The notes under the pieces are model-generated. The model searched no databases and had not been told where the DNA came from. It was given only the letters and a program-made list of their open reading frames with translations. Position numbers and translations under genes: made by a program. Positions 35,908-45,174 of a stretch of 64,000 nucleotides of DNA are shown here, piece after piece. The stretch is from Trueperaceae bacterium (GTDB lineage Bacteria; Deinococcota; Deinococci; Deinococcales; Trueperaceae), in the NCBI GenBank assembly GCA_965215565.1, contig CBDCDZ010000004.1, positions 544,001 through 608,000 of the forward strand. The letters run 5' to 3'. The stretch's first letter is position 1. The number at the start of each line of letters is the position of its first letter.

Positions 35908-37440
35908 ATGCCTACCCAAGTCGAAATAGACCACGACTATAAGAGGTTGAAGGTATTGCTCGAGGATACCAACTCCTTCGTTCTCGCTTTTGTTTTGTAC
36001 CGCGATATCGAAGAGCAGCGCGAAAATGCTACAAAGCTAAGAGGTTTACTAGACCTTCCTGTCACTGAGAGGGGTCTTGAAGGCGATAACCTCAACCCCG
36101 TCTATACCTTTTTAGATTTGCCTAGAGAACCCCGCCAAGCTATTTTCTACACCTTTTTGGGCAGCAGCTTACCCGAAGGCAAAAGCGACTTCGACAAGTT
36201 CGCAGGTTACGTCAACATCCAGCGCGAAGCCTTTACCGACGCGCCTCACGCCGTTGTGCTATGGCTGCGCGAAGAGCAGCTTGTGCGTTTGATGCGGCGT
36301 GCGCCGGACTTTTGGGCGTGGCGCAGTGGAGTGTTTGATGTAAGAGGTGAATTGCAACTGGAATCGCCAGCGTACCGCGAACCTGATATTGAAGCGTTCT
36401 ATAGAGTTGAACTGGAACATTCGGCAGCACTGTACCGAGAGATTCTCAAGGAGCAATTGGCGCGTGAGCTGCCAGATTTAGCGTACATAGCGCGAACTCG
36501 GTTTCGTTTATCAGTGGTGCTTCGTAGGTTGGGTTTATACAACGAGATGGCGGTTGAAGCGCAAGAGGTTATGAAGATTGCCGAAGTGCTCGAGGACGAT
36601 ATAATACGCACTGCCGGTCTTCACGAATTAGGCGCAGCATATCAAGCGTTAGGTCATTTCAGTGAGGCTGAAGCGCTTTACCGTGAGGTCATTGATTTGA
36701 GCACGAGAGTATTAGGCAAAGAGCATCGCCTCTACACCTCTGGAGTGAGTGACTTGGCGAGCCTACTTTATGAGACAGGACGCTATAGCGAAGCCGAGCT
36801 GATGTACCGTGAGGTTATTGCATTAGGGACGCAAGGATTAGACGAAGAACACCCCGATTACACATCTTGGCTCAACGGCTTAGCAATGTTACTTGAAACT
36901 ACGAACCGTTTTGACGAAGCTGAAACGCTTTACCGTAAAGCGCTAAAGATCAACGAGGATACCGTAGGTAGAGAGCATCCCCACTACGCCTCTGAGCTAA
37001 ACAACCTAGCAGTTTTACTTGAACGCACAAATCGTTATGACGAAGCTGAACTACTCTACCGTGAGGCAGTTGAACTAACGGCTAAGACTCTAGGTAAAGA
37101 GCACCCCAACTACGCGAATAGGTTGAGTAATTTTGCGAATTTACTTGCACATATGGGGCGTTATGACGAAGCCGAGATACTTTACCGCGAAGTAGTGAAA
37201 AGGGATGAAGAGAGGCTAGGCAAAACGCATCCTACCTATGCAAAAACCTTGTACAACCTAGCAGGTCTCTTACAAAAGATGAAGCGCTATAGCGAAGCTC
37301 TTACGTCGTACCATGAGGCGTTGCGTATTCTCGTAGATATTTTTGGAGAAGGTCATCCGAACACACGCCTCGTTGCCGACAACTACAAGCTTCTCCTCCA
37401 ACAACTCGAGCAACCCTCCACCCCATCCACTTCAGGTTAA
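35908..37440 (+). CDS. Tetratricopeptide-repeat protein with a degenerate NTPase-like N-terminal domain
   Basis: RRAPDFWAWRSGVF, then about six 42-aa repeats G.EHP.YA..LNNLA...GRY.EAE.LYR. Confidence 0.85.
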   Translation: MPTQVEIDHDYKRLKVLLEDTNSFVLAFVLYRDIEEQRENATKLRGLLDLPVTERGLEGDNLNPVYTFLDLPREPRQAIFYTFLGSSLPEGKSDFDKFAGYVNIQREAFTDAPHAVVLWLREEQLVRLMRRAPDFWAWRSGVFDVRGELQLESPAYREPDIEAFYRVELEHSAALYREILKEQLARELPDLAYIARTRFRLSVVLRRLGLYNEMAVEAQEVMKIAEVLEDDIIRTAGLHELGAAYQALGHFSEAEALYREVIDLSTRVLGKEHRLYTSGVSDLASLLYETGRYSEAELMYREVIALGTQGLDEEHPDYTSWLNGLAMLLETTNRFDEAETLYRKALKINEDTVGREHPHYASELNNLAVLLERTNRYDEAELLYREAVELTAKTLGKEHPNYANRLSNFANLLAHMGRYDEAEILYREVVKRDEERLGKTHPTYAKTLYNLAGLLQKMKRYSEALTSYHEALRILVDIFGEGHPNTRLVADNYKLLLQQLEQPSTPSTSG

Positions 37441-37451
37441 ACTAAAGCCTC

Positions 37452-38396
37452 ATGAACACCGGCATCGAGCGGATTCAGGCTGACTTAGAGGCGAACGGCT
37501 ACGTCGCAGATAGAGAAATCGCCACCGCGATTCACCTCTCTGCTAGGCTCGGACGACCTCTTCTCATCGAGGGTCCGGCGGGCGTGGGCAAAACCGCCAT
37601 CGCCAAGGTGATGGCGAGGGTTTTAGAAACCGAACTCATCCGCTTGCAGTGTTATGAGGGGTTGGACTCGAGCACCGCCATCTACGAGTGGAACTATCAG
37701 AAACAGCTCCTCCACATCCGCATGACCGAGGGAACAGGGCAGGCATTGAGCGCAAGGGAAGCCGAAATTTTCAGCCCTGACTTTTTACTCCAGCGCCCCC
37801 TCCTTAAAGCCATCCGCTCTCCTGTAGCGCCCGTTTTGCTCATCGACGAAATTGACCGCGCCGACGAGGAGTTCGAGGCGTTTCTCCTCGAGCTTCTCTC
37901 CGACTGGCAGGTCAGCATCCCCGAACTCGGCACGCTCTCAGCGAAAGAGGTCCCCCACACGATTTTAACGAGCAACCGCGTCCGCGAGCTTTCGGACGCG
38001 CTTAGGCGGCGTTGTCTGTACCTCTGGATAGACTATCCACCCTTTGATAAAGAGCTTCAAATCGTGCGGGTCAGCGTGCCGGGGCTGAGTGAGCAGATGA
38101 GCGCTCAGCTTGTGTCGGTGGTGCAGCTTCTGCGCCGTTTGACGCTGGACAAACCGCCCGGCGTAGCGGAGAGTCTGGATTGGGCGGCGGCGTTAGCGGT
38201 CATGAACATCGAACGACTCGACCGCGACGCGCTGCAAACAACCGTGAGTGCGCTCCTCAAACACAGCGAAGACCAGAGGCGCTTTCGCTCGAGCTGGCTG
38301 GATGCACTTTTGGCGGCTTTGGTGGTGCTCGAGCCCGGCAACGAAGCGCTCACCCTAGAGCAAGCCTACCGGCAGCTTCAACTTGCCCTAAAGTAG
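37452..38396 (+). CDS. MoxR-family AAA+ ATPase (CoxD-like)
   Basis: EGPAGVGKT, LIRLQCYEGLD, LIDEIDRADEEFEAFLLE, DALRRRC. Confidence 0.9.
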   Translation: MNTGIERIQADLEANGYVADREIATAIHLSARLGRPLLIEGPAGVGKTAIAKVMARVLETELIRLQCYEGLDSSTAIYEWNYQKQLLHIRMTEGTGQALSAREAEIFSPDFLLQRPLLKAIRSPVAPVLLIDEIDRADEEFEAFLLELLSDWQVSIPELGTLSAKEVPHTILTSNRVRELSDALRRRCLYLWIDYPPFDKELQIVRVSVPGLSEQMSAQLVSVVQLLRRLTLDKPPGVAESLDWAAALAVMNIERLDRDALQTTVSALLKHSEDQRRFRSSWLDALLAALVVLEPGNEALTLEQAYRQLQLALK

Positions 38397-38438
38397 AATG
38401 TTTTCCCTCAAGCTGTTAGATGAGAGCGAGGCTTCTAA

Positions 38439-38876
38439 ATGAAAATTGCACTAGGTACAGATCATGCAGGTTATGACCTCAAAGAGGTAGTAAAGTCGCA
38501 CCTTGGTAGAAGAGGAATCACCACAATCGACTTCGGAACTGACTCAGATGCTCCCGTTGATTATCCAGATTTCGTCCGGCCTGCTGCGACAGCCGTTGCG
38601 GACGGCGCTGCAGATTTCGCCATTGTTTTTGGAGGAAGCGGCAATGGTGAAGCGATGGTTGCGAACAAAATACCAGGCGTACGTTGTGGGCTATGTTGGA
38701 ACGTATGGAGCGCACAAATGACAAAGGAACACAACGACGCGAACGTTATCGCCCTGGGCGGACGAGTGGTGTCAACCGACGAAGTCACGGAGATCGTTGA
38801 CACCTGGCTCCATGCGAAATTCGAGGGGGGGCGTCATCAGAAGCGTATCGATAAGATCGAAATACCACCAGCCTAA
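38439..38876 (+). CDS. rpiB: Ribose-5-phosphate isomerase B
   Basis: DHAG, DYPD, GSGNG, ANKIPGVRC, HNDAN, FEGGRHQKRI. Confidence 0.92.
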   Translation: MKIALGTDHAGYDLKEVVKSHLGRRGITTIDFGTDSDAPVDYPDFVRPAATAVADGAADFAIVFGGSGNGEAMVANKIPGVRCGLCWNVWSAQMTKEHNDANVIALGGRVVSTDEVTEIVDTWLHAKFEGGRHQKRIDKIEIPPA

Positions 38877-39009
38877 CAAGGCGTTGCAGCGTGACTTGAG
38901 TCGGTATCCGTGGGAGAAAATGCAACTAGAGGCTTTAAGCCAAAGGCTAATCGCTAACAGCTAAAAGCCAAACAGGGACAATTCTGCGCCTCGAGAGGAC
39001 CGCAACTCC

Positions 39010-40128
39010 ATGACCTACCCCGAAACCCTAGAAGCCAACCTCTTGACCTTCGCCCACCTCTTGCGCGGTCAAGGTTTTAAGGCGGGCGCGGCGGAGGTTG
39101 CGTTGGCGTTGCAGACGCTGGAGACTATCAACCCGGCGGATAAGCGCGAAGTTCAGACCTCTTTGCGCCTTCTCTTCGCGCGTAGCCCTAAGGAACGCGC
39201 TCAATTTGACGAAACCTTCGACCTCTATTTCAGCGGCTCGCTCGATATTGCGAGGACGGAAATACCGCCGCCTCAACCTCCCAAACAGAAGACGCAGAGC
39301 AACGCGGTGTCGGGTTGGGCGGAGGATGAAGAGGGCGATGAGGTATTGGAAACGATGCGCTACAGCCCTACCGAGGCTAAGCTGACGGGCGGGAGCACAC
39401 CCCCTACGAGCGAGGTAGGCGCGCTCAACCGAGCGGCGGCGCGGCTCGCGAAGAGGTTGGCAACAAAGCGCTCGAGGCGCACCGTCTCCACTTCGAAGGG
39501 TAGACGCGCCGACCTGCGCCGTTCCGTGCGGCGGAATCTCCCTCACGGCGAGATGCTCAACCTTATCTATAAGCACTACGCCCAGGGAAAAACGCGCTTA
39601 ATTTTCGCCTTCGACGTGAGCGGCTCGATGCTCGCGCATAACGCCTTTTTGCTCCAACTCGCCTACGCCTTTATGCAGCAGCGGCGACTCGGGCAGATAG
39701 AAGTGTTCGGCTTTAGCACGGAGCTTTACCGCCTCACGCCTTTTTTACGTCACAGCGGTCCTGATGAGGCTTTAAGGAGCGCAGCCCAAGCGATGCCGGG
39801 GCGCAGTGGCGGCACGAAGATTGGAAAGTGTTTGCAAAGTTTAGTCGAGCGCTACGGCGCGCTTTTAGGTCCTAAAACCGCCGTGATTATCGTCAGCGAC
39901 GGGTGGGATACGGGCGACTTAGAGACGCTGCGCGGCGCGATGCGCACCCTCCAAGCGCGGAGTCAGCGGCTCGTGTGGCTCAATCCGCTCGCGGCTGCGC
40001 CGGGATATGAGCCCACGGTTGCGGGGATGCAAACGGCGCTGCCTTACGTGGATGTATTCGCGCCGGGGCACAACCTGGAGAGTTTAGAGAGGCTCGAGCG
40101 TCACCTCAGCAGATTCGGCAAACTTTAA
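39010..40128 (+). CDS. CoxE-like vWA-domain protein
   Basis: DVSGSM, GGTKIG, IVSDGWD, WLNPL. Confidence 0.88.
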   Translation: MTYPETLEANLLTFAHLLRGQGFKAGAAEVALALQTLETINPADKREVQTSLRLLFARSPKERAQFDETFDLYFSGSLDIARTEIPPPQPPKQKTQSNAVSGWAEDEEGDEVLETMRYSPTEAKLTGGSTPPTSEVGALNRAAARLAKRLATKRSRRTVSTSKGRRADLRRSVRRNLPHGEMLNLIYKHYAQGKTRLIFAFDVSGSMLAHNAFLLQLAYAFMQQRRLGQIEVFGFSTELYRLTPFLRHSGPDEALRSAAQAMPGRSGGTKIGKCLQSLVERYGALLGPKTAVIIVSDGWDTGDLETLRGAMRTLQARSQRLVWLNPLAAAPGYEPTVAGMQTALPYVDVFAPGHNLESLERLERHLSRFGKL

Positions 40129-40179
40129 TCAGGTACTGCACTTGACCGAGTTTAGCCGCGCAGCACGTTAAAAAGAGGG

Positions 40180-40935
40180 ATGAAAGTTTTTCTTATCGCG
40201 CTCCTTTTCGGCGCGCTTCCCTTTGCATTTGCTTACGACGAAGCCCAGCTAGACACCTTGCTTGACAAATACGTCAACAGTGAAGGGCTCGTAGACTACA
40301 CTGCCTGGAAAAATAACGACGCTGACCTCTCCGCGCTCCGCACGCTGACGGATAATCTGGCGTCCTTTGACCCCTCGAGCCTAACTGAGCAGGCACGCTT
40401 AGCCTTTTGGATCAACGCCTACAACGCCTTTGCACTCCGAGAGGTGTTGGAGCGCTACCCCGTTGAGACCATTCGTCCCGCCGACTTTTTAGGCATCCCC
40501 GAACGCTCCTTTTTCACTGAAGAGAAACACGACGTGAACGGTACCGCTTACAGCTTGGATCAGATCGAGAATGAGGTGCTCCGCGCCGAGTTTGCAGAGC
40601 CGCGTATCCACTTCGCGATCGTCTGCGCCTCGACGAGTTGCCCTGAGCTTCGTGCGGAGGCGTACACAGCGGAGAGGTTGGACGCGCAACTGAACGAGCA
40701 AACTCGGTCTTTTGTGAACGACCCCTCGAGGAACCGCTACAACGCAGAGACAGACACCGCCAGCATCAGCAAGATTTTCGACTGGTTCGAAGGCGACTTC
40801 ACCGACGTCGCCGCATCCGTTCCAGCTTATTTGACCTCTTATGCAGATGAAGAGGCGACGGCGGTTTTAGAAAGCCCCGAGCTAGACATTGAATATATGT
40901 CTTATGATTGGGGACTCAACGACCAGGCACAGTAG
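40180..40935 (+). CDS. DUF547-domain secreted protein
   Basis: LAFWINAYN, EPRIHFAIVCASTSCP, SKIFDWF, YDWGLN. Confidence 0.9.
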   Translation: MKVFLIALLFGALPFAFAYDEAQLDTLLDKYVNSEGLVDYTAWKNNDADLSALRTLTDNLASFDPSSLTEQARLAFWINAYNAFALREVLERYPVETIRPADFLGIPERSFFTEEKHDVNGTAYSLDQIENEVLRAEFAEPRIHFAIVCASTSCPELRAEAYTAERLDAQLNEQTRSFVNDPSRNRYNAETDTASISKIFDWFEGDFTDVAASVPAYLTSYADEEATAVLESPELDIEYMSYDWGLNDQAQ

Positions 40936-40963
40936 GAACGCTGCGCCTTGCTATACTGCTCCT

Positions 40964-41461
40964 ATGAGCATCCCGCCCGAAGACCTCATCTTACAAGCCG
41001 ACCTGCTCAACGTGCGGCTGGAAATCGTGCGCGGGTTGCCTATTTGGGAGGCGAGCCCGATTCTGGCGCACCAGCTTCAAGTTGACCGCATTCGCGCTAG
41101 TATCACCCCTAAGAATTCCGAGAGTTGCGGGTGCGTTCACATCGCTGACGTTCTCTTCAAGTTCCCTGACAGCTCTTTGAAACGCCCTGATATCGCTGTT
41201 CTTTGTGAGTTACCCGAGGAGACCGAGCAGTATAAAGCCCTACCTGCCGTACCGGAAGCCGTCATCGAAATCGTCAGTGAAGGCTACGAGCGCAAAGACT
41301 TAGAACTCGCGCCGAGCTTTTATTTAGCTTTCGGCGTCAAGGACGTCGTTATCTTTGAACCGCAAACGAAGATTGTCTACCATCACCGCAGGGATGGGGT
41401 GAAGCGGCTCGAGTCTCCCGTTAAGATAGATTTTGAATGCGGCTGCGCGTGCGAAGTGTAA
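40964..41461 (+). CDS. Uma2-family (PD-(D/E)xK) endonuclease
   Basis: RPDIAV...PEAVIEIVS...KD...Y..FGV; leaderless ATG after TATACT. Confidence 0.8.
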   Translation: MSIPPEDLILQADLLNVRLEIVRGLPIWEASPILAHQLQVDRIRASITPKNSESCGCVHIADVLFKFPDSSLKRPDIAVLCELPEETEQYKALPAVPEAVIEIVSEGYERKDLELAPSFYLAFGVKDVVIFEPQTKIVYHHRRDGVKRLESPVKIDFECGCACEV

Positions 41462-41474
41462 TCCCGCGTAACCT

Positions 41475-41891
41475 TTAGACCTCTTGCGCCCGCTTCTCCG
41501 GCACGGTCTCCTGCAAATATTTCACCACCTCTTGCGTGCTCGCCCCCGGCGTGAAAATCTCCGCTACACCCATCTCTTTGAGTTTAGGCAAGTCCTGATC
41601 GGGGACGATGCCGCCGCCGAAGACGATGATGTCTCCCGCGCCTCTCTCTTTAAGCCCTTCTAAAATCTCTTTGAAGTAGTGCATGTGCGCCCCCGAAAGG
41701 ATGGAGAGCCCCACCACGTCTACATCCTCTTGCACGGCGGCGTTGACGATCATCTCGCTCGTCTGCCGGAGTCCGGTGTAGATGACTTCCATGCCTGCAT
41801 CACGCAGGGCGCGGGCGATGACCTTAGCTCCTCTGTCGTGACCATCTAAGCCAGGTTTGGCGATAAGTACGCGAATATTGCGCTGTTCCAT
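41475..41891 (-). CDS. Cobalamin-binding subunit of methylmalonyl-CoA mutase
   Basis: [25 protein letters not shown]. Confidence 0.93.
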   Translation of the reverse strand: MEQRNIRVLIAKPGLDGHDRGAKVIARALRDAGMEVIYTGLRQTSEMIVNAAVQEDVDVVGLSILSGAHMHYFKEILEGLKERGAGDIIVFGGGIVPDQDLPKLKEMGVAEIFTPGASTQEVVKYLQETVPEKRAQEV

Positions 41892-42093
41892 AACGTCATC
41901 ATAGCGCAGGTGTGAGGAAGGTGGGTTGCCATTCGTCGCTCAGGGGTGCACAGATGGCTAACACCCGCGCCCGCTGGCACACGCTGTAGCAGGTTACTTC
42001 GTTCCGTCTCCTCCCTAAGGGAGCAGCCTACGGAAGGCTTCGCTTCGCAGAGATAGCTTCGCTCAATCAAAGTCTGTCTCACTATGTTCGGAG

Positions 42094-42257
42094 CTGGTTT
42101 GAGCCAATCTCACGAGATAGAACATCGTTTCACTACGTGAAAACTTCGCCCCTACAGGCTTTCAGAAAGCAGCACGCACTTGATTGTGATGAGGTTCCGT
42201 TACAGCAAGCTGCGAAATCTGCGTGATTCGCTTCTCAGTACTTCTGATACCGCTATA
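42094..42257. repeat. MITE-like repeat family A copy
   Basis: CTGGTTTGAGCCAATCTCA is identical to 48591-48609; TACTTCTGATACCGCTATA resembles 48671-48690. Confidence 0.6.
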
Positions 42258-42303
42258 GCAGGGTAAGCCGAACGAGCGTCCCGCTACAAAGCGGGCGTTG
42301 CCG

Positions 42304-44013
42304 TCACTTAGGCGCTGCTCTGCTTGTTTGGGTGTCAACGGCAGGAGGTATCACTCCAATATGCACTAAGGCGTCTTCGAGCTTCAAGTAGGTGACGCGC
42401 TCGCCGTAGCGCTCGAACCAGCCCGCTTTTTCAGCGAGGTCACGTACGGGCCCCTTCATCTCGGCGATGTGTACGGTGATGTTCTGCTCGGCGAGCGTCT
42501 CCATTTCGTTCTCTAGGGTCTCGAGCGCCACCGCGTCCATGTCGTTCACGGGCGAAAAGTCGAGGATAATGTGGTCTAAGCCGGGGCGATCCGCGACGGC
42601 GTCATTGATAAGGGTCTCAAAGTACGACATGTTGGCGAAGTAGAGCGAGGCGTCCATGCGCGCCATGAACACCTTTTCAAAGGTCTGCGCTTCGGGGTAG
42701 CGGTCGAGTTCTAGGTAGACCCCCTCCTTCTCCAAGCGCCCCAGCTCGGCGGTGTGCGGGTAGGCGCTGCGCCCCACGAAGACGAGCAGGCTAAAGCCCA
42801 CCCCAATGAGAAGCCCCGGCACGACGCCCAGCACGAGCGTCGCGGTAAAGGTAGTCACCAGCGTCCAGCCGTCTATAGGTTTGAGCTGAAAGAGGTGAAC
42901 CGGCTCCCCGATGTCGACCAGACCCAAGACCGCGACCATGACGATAGCCGCTAAAACCGCGTTGGGCAAGTAGTAAAAGAGCGGCGTTAAAAAGAGCAGC
43001 GTGATGATGATGAGCAGCGCCGTAATCACCGAGGCGAGTTGCGTCTTCGCACCTGCTTGGTGGTTGACCGCGGTCCTCGAGAACGCCCCTGCAACCGGAT
43101 AAGCGCGAAAAAATCCGCCGACGATGTTGGCAAGCCCCAACCCGATGAGTTCCCGGTTCGCGTCGATCTTGTACTTCTCTTTGCTGGCAATCGCTTTGGC
43201 GACGGCGATCGATTCCATAAAGTTCACGAACGAAACGGTCAGCGCAATCGGCACGAGCGCGCCGAGCGCTTGGGTACTAAACGCGGGCAGCGCGAAGCTC
43301 GGCAGACCACTCGGCACCTCCGCTACGATGTTCACGCCGTATGTGTCTAGCCGAAAGAGGTAGACCGCCAAGGTGCTTAAAACGACGACTAAAATCGCCG
43401 CTGGGAAGCGCTTAGCGAAGCGCCCGAGCAGATACAGGGTCGCGATGCTTACCCCGCCGATGGCCAAAGTCACCAGGTTTGTTTCGCCGAGGCGGTTCAG
43501 CGCTTCCCAAAGGGTCTGGAAGACGTTGCCCCCTGCCAGACCGATGCCGAGCAGGTGCTGAAGCTGACTCAGCGCGATGATAATCGCCGCCGCCGAGGTG
43601 AAGCCGCTAATGACCGCGTGCGAGATGAAGTTGGTCAAAAAGCCCGCCCGCACCACACCTAGCAAGAGTTGAATGCCTCCGACCATGAGCGCCAAGAGCG
43701 CCGCCAGTCCGATAAACTCCGCACTGCCTTGCTGCGCGAGCGCTGACACGCCTGAGAGCGTGATCAGCGACGAGATTGCCACAGGTCCGACCGCCAACTG
43801 CCTCGAGCTGCCAAAGAGCGCGTAGGCGAAAAGGGGAATCGTCGAGGCGTAAAGACCGACCACCGGCGGCAACCCAGCGAGCAGGGCGTACGCCATGCCC
43901 TGTGGCACCAGCATCACCGCGATGATGAGCCCTGCCATGAGGTCAGAGGTTAGATAGCGCGGCTTGTAAGAGCCTATCCACTCGAGCGCAGGAAGCCAAG
44001 TTTTTAAGCTCAT
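42304..44013 (-). CDS. SulP-family anion transporter with STAS domain
   Basis: PQGMAYALLAG, GSSRQL, AFSRTAVN, LYFAN. Confidence 0.93.
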   Translation of the reverse strand: MSLKTWLPALEWIGSYKPRYLTSDLMAGLIIAVMLVPQGMAYALLAGLPPVVGLYASTIPLFAYALFGSSRQLAVGPVAISSLITLSGVSALAQQGSAEFIGLAALLALMVGGIQLLLGVVRAGFLTNFISHAVISGFTSAAAIIIALSQLQHLLGIGLAGGNVFQTLWEALNRLGETNLVTLAIGGVSIATLYLLGRFAKRFPAAILVVVLSTLAVYLFRLDTYGVNIVAEVPSGLPSFALPAFSTQALGALVPIALTVSFVNFMESIAVAKAIASKEKYKIDANRELIGLGLANIVGGFFRAYPVAGAFSRTAVNHQAGAKTQLASVITALLIIITLLFLTPLFYYLPNAVLAAIVMVAVLGLVDIGEPVHLFQLKPIDGWTLVTTFTATLVLGVVPGLLIGVGFSLLVFVGRSAYPHTAELGRLEKEGVYLELDRYPEAQTFEKVFMARMDASLYFANMSYFETLINDAVADRPGLDHIILDFSPVNDMDAVALETLENEMETLAEQNITVHIAEMKGPVRDLAEKAGWFERYGERVTYLKLEDALVHIGVIPPAVDTQTSRAAPK

Positions 44014-44360
44014 ATGGCGTTCGTCAGGTGAGCAAAAGCGTAAAGAAGGAACATCATGGGCTCGAGCCGCCCGGATATCTGTGAAGGCTTTGGGCGTCGC
44101 TCAGGGACAGTGTGAACTGTGGCATAGGTATGGTTATGACGTAGCAATGTGACGTTTGTCAATAGATAGCCGTACAAAAGCAAAGACTACGAAAGTAGTG
44201 CGCACGTTCAGGAGTCAAGTTTCATTAGCTCGCAACTTGAATCCACGCTGTTATTCACGAATTTAGCTTCCTAACGTTCTCGTGTGCAACGCTTTCTAAC
44301 TGAACATAAAGAGGTCTGAAATCGAATTTTTTAGGAAACTCGTACTTTTTTGTGTCCAGA

Positions 44361-44627
44361 CTAATGTTGTGAGCTTTTCGGTAAGGAGACTTGATATATG
44401 TACGTGAGCGCAAAGATACCTGCAACCACTAAAAAGGCGGTCTGATTCGGTCCGGTCATTAGCCAGAAAAGAAGCTCTTGACCAAACGCCTGCCCGTTGT
44501 CCGAGTTTGCAAACATCATAAAGCCCCAATCCTTGCCCGTATCAAGTGCGAGAAAAGCGTCAAAGCCGGTGTTATCGCCGCCGTGCATGTAAAGATTGCC
44601 GAAAGGGAAACCGATCGTTTGGAAACC
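44361..44627 (-). pseudogene. C-terminal remnant of a beta-lactamase-like serine hydrolase
   Basis: YMHGGDNTGFDAFLALD...MFANS; 5' part absent and bounded by a MITE-like element. Confidence 0.55.
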
Positions 44628-44746
44628 TAGAGGGTGTTTGAGAAATCCCCCCACCTAAACACAGGTGGGGGGTGAATGGTACAGCAAAAGCAGTAAATGG
44701 CGGACTCAAAAGGGGAAGAGGTGAACCTGTTTCCCAATACCCTCTA
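44628..44746. mobile_element. MITE-like element, family B
   Basis: Imperfect terminal inverted repeats TAGAGGGTGTTTGAGAAA / TTTCCCAATACCCTCTA; internal hairpin CCCCCACCT...AGGTGGGGG. Confidence 0.55.
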
Positions 44747-44919
44747 AGTTTCACCGACCTGAGTGCTTAAGCCGCTATTCTGGTCTCAGGCGGTTTAGAG
44801 AAGTAATATAAGGTTACACGGCTTAGCTTGCGAGCTAAGCCGTACCCATCTGTGATGATGAGCTCTAACCCTCTCAGTTGGGGTAAGCATGTCACGCAAT
44901 TCCGTACAGCGCGCATATA

Positions 44920-45110
44920 ATACTAAAGTGAAGTTTAGATGTCGTACTTTTGACATCTAAACCGCGCGGAAAAGAGCCTTTAGCTGGGCGTATTATGCCG
45001 TTATCGACGCGTGTTGATTCAAAGATGCAGTCGCGTGGTCCCGCTCCCGCTAGACCTCTGGCTAAGGGCTTCTCAGCGCGTACCCTCAGACGCTCTCAAT
45101 TTACGACATC
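44920..45110 (+). repeat. 191-bp structured repeat, copy 1 (candidate ncRNA)
   Basis: Reverse complement of 49085-49275 with two visible mismatches. Confidence 0.9.
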
Positions 45111-45128
45111 CTTGAATCAGGTTAGTAT

Positions 45129-45162
45129 AGGAAGCGCTCGAGCCTCAACTCGAGCGCTTCCT
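45129..45162. terminator. 14-bp stem hairpin, probably a bidirectional terminator
   Basis: AGGAAGCGCTCGAG / CTCGAGCGCTTCCT. Confidence 0.7.
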
Positions 45163-45174
45163 CTTTCACAGTTT

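Noticed and set aside
36600..37380. 126-bp periodic repeats
   Set aside because: Coding TPR repeats, not a CRISPR or DGR array
37452..40128. MoxR-vWA as a VMAP-type ternary conflict system or CO dehydrogenase locus
   Set aside because: Motifs fit the ordinary CoxD/CoxE-like class, with no effector fusion and no cox structural genes in the window
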